Shown here in pieces: positions 11,526 through 23,088 of a stretch of DNA of 51,226 bases. The stretch's first letter is position 1, and each line of letters starts with the position of its first letter. Location: NCBI GenBank assembly GCA_034530875.2, contig JAVRCJ020000048.1:1-51226 (forward strand), in the 5' to 3' direction. This DNA comes from Nostoc sp. DedSLP01. Its GTDB lineage: Bacteria > Cyanobacteriota > Cyanobacteriia > Cyanobacteriales > Nostocaceae. The notes under the pieces are model-generated. The model was not told where the DNA came from. It searched no databases and saw only the letters and a list, made by a program, of their open reading frames with translations. A program made the translations under genes and the position numbers.

Positions 11526-11864
11526 AACCTTCCTGACTGAGGGCTGAGATGGTAGTTATGTGAGGAGCAGCCTGGTTAAAGACGATACTTACGAATGGAG
11601 AGTTTCCCACAACTTACAGGAAGCTTGATACTTCAAAATCCAATTATTTTTAATCCTGCAAGTCCCTAATTCAATTCTAGAATTTTTATTTCTAATCCGT
11701 CACCTGCAAAATTATGTAAATCTTATTGTTATGAAGATGATTGAAGGTTGAATTTACAACGCAGAGGAACGCTGAGGATAACGCAAAGGAACGCGGAGTA
11801 TTTATTACAAAAGTTATGAATTAGGAAGTAGGTAAATACTCTGCGAACCTCTGCGCCTATGGGT

Positions 11865-13679
11865 TTAATTTTTCACGCCTATTGCGGTAGTAATCCACTG
11901 TTTGAGTGTTGTTGTAACTTCTTCTATGGCAATTTCTTGGGATTTACGAGTTGCTCTTTCTACAACTTCGACTTTGCCATTGGCGATCGCTCGTCCAGTT
12001 ACAATTCTGTATGGGATGCCTATCAAGTCCGCATCTTTGAATTTGACTCCGGCTCGTTCGTCGCGGTCATCGAGTAAGGTTTCGATTCCTGCTTGATTGA
12101 GTTGTGCGTAAAGTTTTTGGGCGATTTCGACTTGTTGAGCATCGTTAATGTTAGGAATTGTGACGATGGCGTGATAAGGTGCGATCGCTACTGGCCAAAT
12201 AATTCCATCTTTATCGTAAGATTGCTCTACGGCAGCTTGGGCTAAACGCGATACGCCTACACCAAAACAACCCATGATTAGCGGTTTTTCTTCACCCTGT
12301 TCGTTGGTATAAGTTGCTCCCAAGCTTTGTGAATATTTGGTTCCTAATTGGAAGATGTGCCCTGCTTCAATTCCCCTGGCGCTTTGTAAGAGTTGTTCTG
12401 GATTGTGGATGGCGCGATCGCCTGGTCTAGCTTTCCGCACATCTACTGCTAATTCTGGTAATTTAAATTGCTCGTTCCAGTTAGCACCAACTACGTGATA
12501 GCCAGTTTCATTCGCCCCTGTAACAAAGTTTTTTAAATCAACGGCTGTTCGATCCACCAAGCGCAAAAATTGAGGATGGATTTGTTTATTGGCGGCAATA
12601 TACTCATCTGCGATGTCTGGCGCAATGTAGCCTAAAGGCAGAGATTTCGCTGCCCATGTTTGCTGCGCTTCAGAATTCGGTACGCTCAAATTGAGAATAG
12701 TTTGAGCGCCATAGTTAGCAGCTAATTTAGTCAATTCATTTTGCAACTTGACTTCATTAACTTCTTGGTCGCCTCGGATGCTCACCAAAACCAACACCGT
12801 CACACCATTGTTATAAACTGTTTGGTAAAGGACGTTTTTCACCACTTGGGTGGGAGAACATTTGAGAAATCTCGAAACTGTTTCAATCGTCTCTGTTCCA
12901 GGTGTATCGCGTTTTTCGTAGGTTGTAAACCGTGAGGGTTCGATATCGGCTGGTAAAGAAACTGCCTTTTCTACGTTAGCGGCGTATTTACCATCTTCAG
13001 TGTAGAGAACTTCGTCTTCGCCAGCTTCCGCCAACACCATAAATTCTGTGGAACCAGAACCACCAATTGCACCAGAATCAGCTTCCACTGCGCGATAAGC
13101 CAAACCACAACGCCGCAACATATTGCTGTAGGCTTGATACATATCGTCGTAAGTGTCTTTGAGGCTAGCTTCATCGACGTGGAAGGAGTAGCCGTCTTTC
13201 ATGATAAATTCGCGTCCGCGCATCAAACCAAAGCGGGGACGAATTTCATCGCGGAATTTGGTTTGAATTTGGTAGAGATGCAGAGGTAATTGGCGATAGG
13301 AACGAATCATATCACGAGCGATCGTTGTGATTACTTCTTCATGAGTCGGGCCTAATCCTAATTGTTGCTCGCGGCGGTCAATTAGGGAAAACATAATTCC
13401 CTCAGCTTTGGTATAAGTATCCCAACGTCCCGATTCCTTCCATAACTCAGCAGGTTGTAATTGCGGCAAAAGACATTCTTGTGCGCCTGTAGCGTTCATT
13501 TCTTCGCGCACAATTTGAGAAACTTTTTGCAGTACCCGCCACATCAAGGGGAGATAAGCATAGACACCGCTACCGATGCGACGAATATAACCTGCACGCA
13601 GTAATAATTTATGGCTGGGAATCTCAGCATCAGCTGGATCGTCCCGCAGTGTAACAAATAACATTTTTGATAGTCGCAT
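11865..13679 (-). CDS. proS: Proline--tRNA ligase
   Basis: [35 protein letters not shown]. Confidence 0.98.
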   Translation of the reverse strand: MRLSKMLFVTLRDDPADAEIPSHKLLLRAGYIRRIGSGVYAYLPLMWRVLQKVSQIVREEMNATGAQECLLPQLQPAELWKESGRWDTYTKAEGIMFSLIDRREQQLGLGPTHEEVITTIARDMIRSYRQLPLHLYQIQTKFRDEIRPRFGLMRGREFIMKDGYSFHVDEASLKDTYDDMYQAYSNMLRRCGLAYRAVEADSGAIGGSGSTEFMVLAEAGEDEVLYTEDGKYAANVEKAVSLPADIEPSRFTTYEKRDTPGTETIETVSRFLKCSPTQVVKNVLYQTVYNNGVTVLVLVSIRGDQEVNEVKLQNELTKLAANYGAQTILNLSVPNSEAQQTWAAKSLPLGYIAPDIADEYIAANKQIHPQFLRLVDRTAVDLKNFVTGANETGYHVVGANWNEQFKLPELAVDVRKARPGDRAIHNPEQLLQSARGIEAGHIFQLGTKYSQSLGATYTNEQGEEKPLIMGCFGVGVSRLAQAAVEQSYDKDGIIWPVAIAPYHAIVTIPNINDAQQVEIAQKLYAQLNQAGIETLLDDRDERAGVKFKDADLIGIPYRIVTGRAIANGKVEVVERATRKSQEIAIEEVTTTLKQWITTAIGVKN

Positions 13680-13751
13680 CGTTTATTACCTTTCCAAAAT
13701 CGCTAATTTCTATGTCAAGTAAGAGTATGAATTATCAAGGATAAAGTACAA

Positions 13752-13900
13752 AGGGACTGGTGACTGGAGACTGGTGATTGGTGATTGGGGATTGGGAATT
13801 GGGTACTGAGTATTGAGAGTTAAAAAATTATTACTTCTCAATCGCTAGTCCCCAGTCCCTAGTCCCCAATCACCAGTCCCCAATCGCCACTCCCCAATCA
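13752..13900. repeat. Inverted STRR tracts (GGGGACT/GGTGATT vs CCCCAGT/CCCCAAT); similar tracts at ~6590-6630, 7650-7680, 9000-9135, 10845-10910, 18740-18850, 27460-27490, 41510-41655
   Basis: Heptamer tandem repeats typical of Nostocales. Confidence 0.8.
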
Positions 13901-13918
13901 CTTCAGGAGAAAACAACC

Positions 13919-15310
13919 TTGTCTAATGTAATTTATCAAGCACAGCCACCTTTAGAATTTATTCCTCCAGCATTCAACCCCTTATTTTTAAGAGTTGTTC
14001 ATCTGTTGTTACCAAGTTTCATCAAATGGCAAACGCCTATTACCAAAATTGAAGCAGACAACGTGGAAGTTCTAGTAGATCTCTATCGCCAGTTTCAGGA
14101 GGATAAAATCCGGTTTTTGCTGGCTTTTCGCCATCCTAAAACCGACGATCCCTTTGGTTTGGGCTACTTGCTGTCTCAACTCGTGCCAAAGGTAGCACGA
14201 TCGCAAGGCACAGCGCTACAACTTCCGATTCACGCTCATTTTATCTACGATCGCGGTATTCCTCTATGGGCTGGTTCTCATATTGGCTGGGTGATGTCTC
14301 AGTTGGGTGGTACTCCGATTCAACGGGGTAAGGCTGACTGGACGGGGTTACGTTCGGCGCGTGATTTGTTTGTTAATGGAAAATTCCCAATGGCTGCGTC
14401 GCCAGAAGGTGCTACCAATGGTTTATCGGAGATAATCAGCCCCCTAGAACCTGGTATTGCCCAGTTAGGCTTTTGGTGTGCGGAGGATTTGCAAAAAGCT
14501 GGACGCCCCGAACAGGTTTTCATTGTACCAGTTGGGATTAAATATAGTTACGTTGATGCTCCTTGGGATGCGATCGCCGATCTTTTAAGTGAATTGGAAG
14601 CGGCTAGCGGTTTACCTGTGAATCCACCACAACCCGGTAATCTTGCTGCTGTAGAAACCCTTTATCCGCGATTATTAATTTTGGCAGAACATTTACTTTC
14701 GCTGATGGAAACATTTTACACGCGTTTCTATCATCAAAAATTACCAGATGCTAAGACTGTTAACGAGCAAATTCCAGATAGAAATCAAGCTTTGGCGGTT
14801 CGTTTGCAAGCTTTGTTAAATGCAGCGTTATTAATATCAGAGCAATATTTTGATTTGCAATCTAAAGGTACTTTAAACGACCGTTGTCGGCGAGTAGAAC
14901 AAGCTGGGTGGAATTATATATTTAGAGAAGAATTTAAGGATGTTAAAGGAGTATCCTCTGTTGAAAAAGCTTTAGGCGATCGCATTGCTGAAGAAGCGAA
15001 TGCACGAATGTGGCACATGCGTTTAGTTGAAAGCTTTGTGGCAGTTTCTGGTAATTATATTAAAGAAAAACCAACAGTCGAAAGGTTTGCTGAAACAACT
15101 CTAATCTTATGGAAAATGATTGCTAAAATTCAAGGCAATAAAACTCTCTCGCGTCCAGAATTAGGAAAAGAACAAGTCAAAATAACTGTGGGTGAACCGA
15201 TATCGATTTCTGAACGTTACCCAGCATATAAAGAGAATCGTTTGGGCGCTAGACAAGCTGTTGCTGATGTGACAAATGATTTGCAACAGGCGATGGAGGA
15301 ATTGATTTAA
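13919..15310 (+). CDS. Phospholipid/glycerol acyltransferase family protein
   Basis: HPKTDD (Hx4D), GGTPIQRG, SPEG acyltransferase blocks. Confidence 0.85.
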   Translation: MSNVIYQAQPPLEFIPPAFNPLFLRVVHLLLPSFIKWQTPITKIEADNVEVLVDLYRQFQEDKIRFLLAFRHPKTDDPFGLGYLLSQLVPKVARSQGTALQLPIHAHFIYDRGIPLWAGSHIGWVMSQLGGTPIQRGKADWTGLRSARDLFVNGKFPMAASPEGATNGLSEIISPLEPGIAQLGFWCAEDLQKAGRPEQVFIVPVGIKYSYVDAPWDAIADLLSELEAASGLPVNPPQPGNLAAVETLYPRLLILAEHLLSLMETFYTRFYHQKLPDAKTVNEQIPDRNQALAVRLQALLNAALLISEQYFDLQSKGTLNDRCRRVEQAGWNYIFREEFKDVKGVSSVEKALGDRIAEEANARMWHMRLVESFVAVSGNYIKEKPTVERFAETTLILWKMIAKIQGNKTLSRPELGKEQVKITVGEPISISERYPAYKENRLGARQAVADVTNDLQQAMEELI

Positions 15311-15327
15311 AAACGGAAATCACAGTA

Positions 15328-15894
15328 TTGACTACCATTGGCTCTTATCATATAAAAGTTAGAATCCAATCGACGGCTGAGGAAATAGCTTATCTTTCCC
15401 CAGCTAGAGAAAATGATATGCCAATCAATTGGTCTTGTAACTGGTTAAATATCTGGAAAAATACTAGTTTTGAGTGTCAAAACATAGTCAAACTTGTTTA
15501 TGAGACTAAAGTTTGGGGATTAGTGCAATACGGTCTTTATCCTTATCCTGGATATCCCACTTTTCTAGAAATAGAACATATAGAAGCCAATCCCACAAGT
15601 CGAGGAGATCTCGCAGAAAGGTTGATTGAACCAATTGGCAAATGGTTAATTTGGTATGCAACTAAGGTGGCACTAGAATTTTGTCAAACACAAGCAGACG
15701 AGCCGCTAATAATTTTAGAAGCTCTAGATACTGCTGTGTCATACTATAGAGATAAAGTGCAGATGGAATATCTTGGATTCGCACGTAGTACCCCTGGAGA
15801 AGATTTATATGGCTTCAGATTTTCACGAACAGCAGCAGCAGAATTCTGCCAGTTGCATGAAAGCCAATGGGGAGAAGCAAAGCTATACAAGTAG
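15328..15894 (+). CDS. Hypothetical protein with probable GNAT acetyltransferase fold
   Basis: LEIEHIEANP...IGKWLIWYA...LEALDTAVSYY resembles GNAT motifs A/B. Confidence 0.55.
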   Translation: MTTIGSYHIKVRIQSTAEEIAYLSPARENDMPINWSCNWLNIWKNTSFECQNIVKLVYETKVWGLVQYGLYPYPGYPTFLEIEHIEANPTSRGDLAERLIEPIGKWLIWYATKVALEFCQTQADEPLIILEALDTAVSYYRDKVQMEYLGFARSTPGEDLYGFRFSRTAAAEFCQLHESQWGEAKLYK

Positions 15895-16180
15895 TGATGA
15901 AATCAGAGTTGGGTCAAGTGAGGTTATGACTCACGCCCAACGGCAAGCTTTTCTAAAAACATCTCATTTGGGAAAACTATTTGGCGTTGCACATTTACTC
16001 CCAGAAGTTGAAGCACCAACAAACATAGAGTCTGCTCAAAGAACTGATACAAAAGTAGAGATAGGATTATCGGTTAGTGAAAAAATCTTTCTACAAAACG
16101 TTCTTAGAAACTCGCATTCCTATTTCGGTAAAATTTATTGCGCTTTAGTTTTGTCTTTGAAAGAGAATTTAGCTCAATAG
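15857..16180 (+). CDS. Hypothetical protein overlapping the GNAT-like gene
   Basis: In-frame ATG at 15857, 38-nt overlap with the upstream gene. Confidence 0.5.
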   Translation: MKANGEKQSYTSSDEIRVGSSEVMTHAQRQAFLKTSHLGKLFGVAHLLPEVEAPTNIESAQRTDTKVEIGLSVSEKIFLQNVLRNSHSYFGKIYCALVLSLKENLAQ

Positions 16181-16196
16181 AAATAACCCTAATACA

Positions 16197-16772
16197 TCAC
16201 CCAGGAAAAACTTTAGATAAATCCAGAACTAAATCAGGAAAATGTGGCAGATTAACTGATTCATTCGGCAGAAAAATTACCTCGCGGCGATAACCAAATT
16301 TACCTTGTAAATCTTGATAAGGTTCGCTGTAATATTCCACATAATTTTCTACTAAATTAAATATCCAATAATCAAAAATCCCTGCTTCTGCATAAAGAGA
16401 TAATTTTACATCTCGATCGCATTGCAAAATTGAATTAGAAATTTCAATTACCAGGAAGACATCAGACGGTCTAGGATGAGCTTCTAAATATTCATCAGGA
16501 CGATTTTTTACAATGACTAGATAGGGTTCTGGTTCGCTGTCATCACCGATAATAATTGGTTCTTGCCCCCGAAGAATTGCCTGTTCTGCAATGAGTTTGA
16601 ATAACTCCCGATATAAGCGGGTACTGCAAACGGAGTGTGATGTGCCTTTTGCTGCTATCTGTACTATTTCACCTCTAATTAGCTCAACTCTGTCATTCTC
16701 ACTAAAGAAGCCGAGTTCTATGAGACGGTGATATTCAGCTATGGTGAAACGTTTAGCAGTAGCAAGGCTCAT
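16197..16772 (-). CDS. Uma2 family (DUF820) restriction-endonuclease-fold protein
   Basis: RFTIAEYHRL, RVELIRGEI, LVIEIS, KLSLYAEAGIFDYWI; the usual EPD motif reads EPY. Confidence 0.9.
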   Translation of the reverse strand: MSLATAKRFTIAEYHRLIELGFFSENDRVELIRGEIVQIAAKGTSHSVCSTRLYRELFKLIAEQAILRGQEPIIIGDDSEPEPYLVIVKNRPDEYLEAHPRPSDVFLVIEISNSILQCDRDVKLSLYAEAGIFDYWIFNLVENYVEYYSEPYQDLQGKFGYRREVIFLPNESVNLPHFPDLVLDLSKVFPG

Positions 16773-16897
16773 AACAGCTAACGGAATGAAGGGTTATTTT
16801 TATTTTAATATAGTTGCGACTGATAAAATTTTTGCGATAGAAGATGATAATATATCCAGCTATTCTTCTTTATCAGCTTCTGTAGTTGCTTCTACAC

Positions 16898-17716
16898 TTA
16901 CACCTTCCAAGGAAAGTTGAAATATTCTTCCTGAACCGTTTTTAATTCCTTTATTGACTCTTGGAAAAATAATTTAATAGCAGATAGCTGGTTTTCTTCA
17001 GATAAAAACTCTTGTAGGCTTTTTCTATAAAATATACCAGACCATGCTGGCATAACTGTTAAATTAGAAGGAGTCCATATATTGGGTTTATCGTTAATTA
17101 CTTTCTGCATAGATTCAATAATTTTTGGGCGTTCTCCAAACTTATGAGAAACCTGAAAAAATATACCTAAATATGGATAATCAGTTAAATTATTTGGGTT
17201 TAAATCGAAGTATCCAAGACCACACCATAAGTCCCAAGTGGAGGGAGAAAAATGGGTGTAGATAATATATCTTTCGTCCCATTTCCATTGAGTCATACTT
17301 GCTGCGCCTCTGATAACATCTCCAAAAGCTAACTTGAATTTTTCTTGTACTTCTTCACTTAAAGTTGATTCCATCAGCTTAAGAGTTTTATTAAAATTCA
17401 TCATTGTCAATAAGTCAACTGATGAAAAGTGATTTGTGTCAGACATTACATGTCCCCTCATAATGATTGAGTTATGTTTTAAGCCAATAAAGTTCAGATA
17501 AGCCTGTTTTGTTTTTTGTTCCCCTGTTCCCTTTTCCCTGTTTTCTGTTACCTTGATTCCACAGACGAGCTTTCTTAACACCAAGCGTATTGTGTTTTAA
17601 AGAACGAAGTAAAATATCTTTATCCAGAGACAAAAATAAGCAACAATCTGGGTGAAAAAATCTTCAAGCGGCTTGTTGGCTGAATGTATATTCAGTAAGT
17701 TACTAAATAAATACAT
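16898..17716 (-). pseudogene. Degraded gene: frameshifted 5' fragment plus open 3' part, possibly PD-(D/E)xK nuclease family
   Basis: ATG 17716 gives MYLFSNLLNIHSANKPLEDFFTQIVAYF, then the frame breaks. A GGGAACA-type repeat insert lies at ~17500-17580. The 3' ORF is open to 16898. Confidence 0.5.
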
Positions 17717-17776
17717 TTATTTTTAACTAGTTAAACTAATTAGATAAAATTTATATCCTATTAATTAGATAAAATT

Positions 17777-17975
17777 TATATCCGACATTCCGCACCCTGA
17801 AGTGTCACAATCGGTTTTTACTGTTTTTTATAAGAATAGAGAGCTAGTTTATATACTTTCTTACCTTGTTTTAACTGAGGTCAAAAGTTTTCTTAGTATA
17901 ATGTGCCGCTTACAACCTATAAAAAATTAAGCGATTATGCTATGTAACACCTGAGGGTGTGGAATGTGGTTTATA
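17777..17975. mobile_element. MITE with 25-bp imperfect terminal inverted repeats and TATA ends
   Basis: ACATTCCGCACCCTGAAGTGTCACA (17785-17809) vs reverse complement of 17943-17967, 21/25 match; no internal ORF. Confidence 0.7.
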
Positions 17976-18174
17976 TACAATAAGTTTGTAGTCAAGGTTA
18001 AAGGAGGCTACAAAAAATACATATAAGTTATGTTGGTATTTAATATTACTAACGTTGTAGTAGTTATAACTTAGCCGATCGCGATTTGACAAGGACGCTA
18101 AAAAAACAATACCAAGGACAAATAGGGATAAAAATTTTACCCCTACAAAATGTGTATTCTCAGGCTAGAAAAAG

Positions 18175-18723
18175 TTAGTATTGTTCGGTTAAATGACTTT
18201 CTAACAAAGATGCGATCGCTTCTGGATCAATATTCTTGTATTTCTTTTTACCAAGCTGTAAAACACAGTTAGGCGCACTGCTGCAACATTTTTGGCAACT
18301 GGTATGTTCGATGGTAACTTTGTCTAATAAACCGCGATCGCACAGCGTTTTTTCTAATTCTGATAATAAACCTTTACCACCACGCTTGAGACAACCCGAC
18401 TTTTGACACACCATAATCTTGGCTTTGGGTGTAAGTGGTAAATTTTGAATTGGGCAAGTGCCAATTGGTGTGATTTGATAAGCTTTGATTTGAATTTCAC
18501 CTGTGTGCGAGTCTAACTGACTGTAAGCAAAAACCCGAATTTGCTCCCCAGGAACTAACAATAAACTCAGAGAACGACGCAACTCTTTTGGCAATTTAAT
18601 TTCCATAGTTCCATCTGGAACTGCCAATTGCAAATATTTATATTTTTTTGGTTCGGCACCAACAAAACCTAAAAACTGTCCTTCAAGGTTCAATTCTGAT
18701 AACGTCAAATACTTCTTACCCAT
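18175..18723 (-). CDS. Thioredoxin-like (2Fe-2S) ferredoxin domain protein associated with nifVZT
   Basis: VCQKSGCLKRGG...CQKCCSSAPNC cysteine pattern; position after nifT. Confidence 0.85.
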   Translation of the reverse strand: MGKKYLTLSELNLEGQFLGFVGAEPKKYKYLQLAVPDGTMEIKLPKELRRSLSLLLVPGEQIRVFAYSQLDSHTGEIQIKAYQITPIGTCPIQNLPLTPKAKIMVCQKSGCLKRGGKGLLSELEKTLCDRGLLDKVTIEHTSCQKCCSSAPNCVLQLGKKKYKNIDPEAIASLLESHLTEQY

Positions 18724-18850
18724 GATTGATTAAGAATTATAGGGAATAGGGAATGGGGCATGGGGAATGGGGAATAGAAAATAAAAATTGGGCATTAGTT
18801 ACTCTCCACGTCCCCCCACTCCCTACTCCCTACTCCCCATTTCCCCACTC

Positions 18851-19054
18851 TTACGCGAGGCGTTTTGCTTCTACAGTTTGCGGTAAATTTGCTACGTCTG
18901 GTAATTCACGAAATTCTAATTCCCAGCCATTTGCTAAGGTAAGAATCTTACCGTCATTGCCATCAGTTTGTTTGACTACTTCTTCTTCCAAATCTTTTTT
19001 AGCAACGTAGACTACTAAAGTGCCGGCATCATTCACACGTAACATTACTTTCAT
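18851..19054 (-). CDS. nifT: NifT/FixU
   Basis: MKVMLR...YVAKKDLEEEVV...LTLANGW. Confidence 0.95.
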   Translation of the reverse strand: MKVMLRVNDAGTLVVYVAKKDLEEEVVKQTDGNDGKILTLANGWELEFRELPDVANLPQTVEAKRLA

Positions 19055-19316
19055 GAGACTCCTCAACAGATTCTAGTTCTTTTTTCTTACAGCCGACGAC
19101 AATCCCTGTTTCTATGAAATGCACAGCATATATATAGGAACTCTGCAAATATGTGCCTATACTTGCTATGTAGCCAATATCCCCTTTCTTAGCTAAAACT
19201 TGGCCGATTTCTTTACCAGGAAAGGTACCATCATTTTTAATTAGTTTGCGAAGTCTGACTTTTTCACCTATTTCAAAAGCGGGTGGTAAGTCTAGCTCTA
19301 ATTCATCGCGTTGCAT
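19029..19316 (-). CDS. nifZ: NifZ
   Basis: [10 protein letters not shown]...KNDGTFPG...IYAVHF...VGCKKKEL. Confidence 0.95.
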   Translation of the reverse strand: MQRDELELDLPPAFEIGEKVRLRKLIKNDGTFPGKEIGQVLAKKGDIGYIASIGTYLQSSYIYAVHFIETGIVVGCKKKELESVEESHESNVTCE

Positions 19317-20436
19317 GAGAATACCTCTGTTCTCTGGCCAAATTCAACACTTCTTCTGTAGTAAGGCTGCGTTTTTTCTGTACTGACTGATGGCGTACTG
19401 CGTCTAAAACTGACTGGGTTTCTTGCGAATTTAGGAAAATTCCATGCTGTTGTAGCAAGTTTGCAACTGAATGCCGTCCAGAATGTTTACCTACTACTAA
19501 GCGGCGTTCGCAACCGACTTCTTCGGGAGCAAATGGTTCGTAGGTGAGAGGATTGTGCAGGACGCCGTGAGCGTGAATTCCGGATTCGTGGGCGAAGGTG
19601 TTTTCTCCAACGATCGCTTTCCAAGGTGGGACGTCAGCGCCTGATGCCGAAGCAACCAGTTGAGACAGTTCCAGCAAACTGGATGTGTCAATTCCCAAAT
19701 CAATGCCATAAATGCGTTTGATTGCCATAACAACTTCTTCTAGGGCTGCATTTCCAGCCCTTTCACCCAAGCCGTTGACTGTGGTATTCACAGATGTGGC
19801 TCCGGCTTTGATGCCAGCAAGGGCGTTGGCAGTTGCTAGACCAAAATCATTGTGGGTGTGGATTTCTAAGGGAATTGTCAAAGCTGAAACTAGTTGCTTC
19901 ACCATTGTGTAGGTGCTAAAGGGGTCGAGAACTCCTACGGTGTCGCAGAAGCGGAAGCGGGATGCACCCCATTCTTGGGCGGAAAGCGCTACATCCAAAA
20001 GGAAGCTTTCATCAGCTCTAGAAGAATCTTCTCCCCCGACTGCTACCCAAAGCCCGCGATCGACTGCGAAGCTGATGGAGTCTTTGAGTTTTTGTAAACT
20101 TACTCGCCACTGGCCGTGAAACTTAGTGGCAATTTGAATACCAGAGACGGGGATGGCGATATGCACCCGGTTGAGACCGCAGGCGATGGAAGCCTTAATA
20201 TCTGAGATGACAGCGCGGTTCCATCCCAAGAGTTTTGCTTGCAAACCTAAGTCAGAAATTGCGGCAATTGCCCGTGTTTCTTCATCACCCATTGCTGGTA
20301 TTCCTACTTCTAATTCGGGGATACCAATGGCATCGAGAAACTTGGCGATCGCTACTTTTTCTTTCAAGTTGAAAGCAACACCTGCCGCTTGTTCGCCATC
20401 ACGCAATGTAGTGTCATTAATTATGATTTGATTCAT
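19303..20436 (-). CDS. nifV: Homocitrate synthase
   Basis: [32 protein letters not shown]; overlaps nifZ. Confidence 0.95.
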   Translation of the reverse strand: MNQIIINDTTLRDGEQAAGVAFNLKEKVAIAKFLDAIGIPELEVGIPAMGDEETRAIAAISDLGLQAKLLGWNRAVISDIKASIACGLNRVHIAIPVSGIQIATKFHGQWRVSLQKLKDSISFAVDRGLWVAVGGEDSSRADESFLLDVALSAQEWGASRFRFCDTVGVLDPFSTYTMVKQLVSALTIPLEIHTHNDFGLATANALAGIKAGATSVNTTVNGLGERAGNAALEEVVMAIKRIYGIDLGIDTSSLLELSQLVASASGADVPPWKAIVGENTFAHESGIHAHGVLHNPLTYEPFAPEEVGCERRLVVGKHSGRHSVANLLQQHGIFLNSQETQSVLDAVRHQSVQKKRSLTTEEVLNLAREQRYSHATR

Positions 20437-20784
20437 TGCAAATATCCCTCTCTTGGAAGTATTCTGAATATCCTTTCTCTCTACAATTCCCAGTGATGGT
20501 AAATGCTAAAAATATCACAATAAATATACAGGATATACGATCCTTTATTATTGTCGAATTAGCAATATTACATCTGTATGGGAAAGAACTAAAAACTGGT
20601 ATAATTTACGAATCTTTTTTACCGATGTCGGTTGTAATTTGTTCGAGTAGTAAGGAACTAATATAGCTATTAGCAAATCCTGTACAAAGTAAAACACAAA
20701 ATCCTGCAATTAAACTAGTAATCATGTCAGGAACCTCATATTTTTAAGAGTATTGGTGTGTTGTCTAATTTCAGTACAAACTAG

Positions 20785-20982
20785 CTAACTTTGTTCTGCT
20801 AACCAGTCAAAAATCCGTTCTAGCTGCTCTAAGTTAACTAAGCCATACTGCCAGAGAAGCATCGGTAACGGGCCATTTTCTAACTCACGGTGTCGTAGCG
20901 CTACAGCAATATCCGCATTTGAAAGTTCAAGTTCGTGGTGCAAAAAGTTGAGGAGCTTCATATCTCGGTTACGAGTTGGCAT
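20785..20982 (-). CDS. DUF2949 family small protein
   Basis: GPLPMLLWQYGLVNLEQLERIFDWL. Confidence 0.85.
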   Translation of the reverse strand: MPTRNRDMKLLNFLHHELELSNADIAVALRHRELENGPLPMLLWQYGLVNLEQLERIFDWLAEQS

Positions 20983-21079
20983 AATTGAACTTTCAATTTC
21001 TTCAGTTGGAAAAGAATTAAAAATTATAAATTCCTATTTTAGGCATGGAGAGTGGCGAGAATTCCTAATTCCTAATTGT

Positions 21080-21110
21080 TGTACAGACAAGGGTTAATCG
21101 CGTCTCTACT
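21080..21110. repeat. REP-like repeat identical to 1229-1259
   Basis: Exact 31-bp match. Confidence 0.8.
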
Positions 21111-21298
21111 TCTGAATTCTGGTTTATTTCCGCCATGCTCTAGGAATTCTTCTCAGTTTGCAATAGAATTTGCTAGCAGACAGTAACTTCAACTTCTAAA
21201 TCTCTTCAATATTTATGCATCTCTACAAAGAGCTATGCTTGTGTGATGAATTCAAGATTAATATTGTTTAGATTAGGTATTTCAACAATATCGATGAC

Positions 21299-21544
21299 TC
21301 AAGATTCATTACTATATTGCCAGCAACGCTCTAGCCATTCGATTAATTCGTGGCGAGAAGCGAGAAATTGCATAACTGTACTGCGAACTAGAATCGCTTC
21401 TAGCAAATTGTTTACTTGCACTCGTAAAGAACCATCCGGGAGACAGGAACTCTTAATCTTTAATTCTTGCAAACGGTGATAAATTCGCCAGCGATCGCTC
21501 AACGGAATCTGCAAAACTTGTTCGCCTAAAGTATCATTTGTCAT
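21299..21544 (-). CDS. Asr1405/Asl0597 family protein
   Basis: DRWRIYHRLQELKI...LIEWLERCW; position downstream of cysE. Confidence 0.85.
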   Translation of the reverse strand: MTNDTLGEQVLQIPLSDRWRIYHRLQELKIKSSCLPDGSLRVQVNNLLEAILVRSTVMQFLASRHELIEWLERCWQYSNES

Positions 21545-21604
21545 TTGTATTTTGTCCTTTGTCTTCAATCTAAAATCAAAAATTGTCTGACTAATGACCA
21601 ATAA

Positions 21605-22366
21605 CTACTTAGTTATCACTCCTGATTCCTGAGTTCTGACTTCCAAAGTTTGCAGTTGTTTTTCGAGTTGTTCGATGCGCGATAGCAAAGAACGAATCAC
21701 AGTTGCTTCTACATCGGGTAGCTTTCCATGTTCTAAAGGAGAAAGGCTGGCGCCTCGATCGCGAGAAATAATTCGCCCGGGAACTCCCACCACAGTACAA
21801 TCGCTGGGTACATTCCGCAAAACAATCGAACCCGCGCCAATGCGGACGCGATCGCCAATTTGCAAATTACCCAAAACTTTCGCACCCGCACCCACCACAA
21901 CATGTTTACCAACTGTGGGATGACGCTTACCGCTTTCTTTACCAGTTCCGCCAAGGGTGACGCCTTGATAAATCAGCGTATAGTCGCCGACGATCGCAGT
22001 TTCGCCGATGACAACTCCCATTCCGTGGTCGATAAATACGCCTTGACCAATTTCTGCACCTGGGTGAATTTCAATTCCGGTTAAAAATCTTCCCAAGTGA
22101 GAAATCAAGCGCGGAATAAAAGCCACTCCTCGACAATGTAACCAGTGAGCAAGACGATGCAAACACAATGCGTGCAATCCGGGATAGCAAAACACAACTT
22201 CTAGCCAATTGCGTGCAGCTGGATCGCGCTCAAAGATAATGCGAAAATCACTCAATAATGGCTCAAAAAAATCTCCAGAGAGTAATCTTTTGAGTAAGGA
22301 TTTCTGCCTTGAATCCTGTATTTTTAGACTTTGAGGATTTGTAATTCTGTCCAAGGGTTGTTGCAT
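21605..22366 (-). CDS. cysE: Serine O-acetyltransferase (nif-associated, nifP)
   Basis: [36 protein letters not shown]. Confidence 0.95.
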   Translation of the reverse strand: MQQPLDRITNPQSLKIQDSRQKSLLKRLLSGDFFEPLLSDFRIIFERDPAARNWLEVVFCYPGLHALCLHRLAHWLHCRGVAFIPRLISHLGRFLTGIEIHPGAEIGQGVFIDHGMGVVIGETAIVGDYTLIYQGVTLGGTGKESGKRHPTVGKHVVVGAGAKVLGNLQIGDRVRIGAGSIVLRNVPSDCTVVGVPGRIISRDRGASLSPLEHGKLPDVEATVIRSLLSRIEQLEKQLQTLEVRTQESGVITK

Positions 22367-22454
22367 CGCTAATGTCTATCTGGTTAAAAGAGCCATCTGC
22401 TATTTTTATGCTTATATCAGACCGCTTCCAACTCGATAGTTTACCCAATGTTGA

Positions 22455-22680
22455 TTGGATTTATTGGATTTATTAAGGTTGTACTCAAACGCCAAAACCC
22501 CTACTTAAGATAAATTTAAAATTTCTCTTGGGGTAGGGGTACTAGTATTTAATGATAGGGGTACTGGTTTTTTTAGGGCAGGGTTTAAGAATTTTTGTAC
22601 TCGCTACAAGAAACTTTACCTGTAAGACTTTGCAAAGATTTATTCCAGATATTTTGCGATTTATTAAGCTGTACTCAAAT
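22455..22680 (-). promoter_or_regulatory. nifP/cysE upstream region with three TGAGTACA-type boxes (probable CnfR-responsive promoter)
   Basis: TGTACTCA 22480-22487, TGTACTCG 22596-22603, TGTACTCA 22670-22677; mirrors the nifB upstream region. Confidence 0.75.
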
Positions 22681-23088
22681 GCGCTCAAACAGTGCTTAGA
22701 TAAGAATAAAAATCTAGTTTCTGTATATCCTATTACTATTATTATCTTATTATTTGGCTCGATAAAAAACAAGTTTCTTTATTTTCTTTTAGGATTTGCT
22801 GTCTGTATGGATGTATACGTTTCTCAATATCGCTATAGCTCATAGGAGATGTTTTCTTATTATATAGATGTGTGGAAATAACCAACAAAAAATTTCCCAG
22901 CTGCATCATAAGTAGATATTCTCATCTCAGCTAATAGCAAAAGTCATCCGAAGCTGACTAAAATATCCCCAAAAATCTTTAGTCTACTTCAGTTGACTTT
23001 AGCGATTGGCCTTGCGTTTGAAACACTTTGGCTAACAATATTTACACTATATCTAGCTAGCGATCGCCTCAGTTAGCTACCTCTAATC

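Noticed and set aside
22542..22845. ORFs on both strands upstream of cysE
   Set aside because: They overlap the TGAGTACA promoter module and are low-complexity AT-rich translations.
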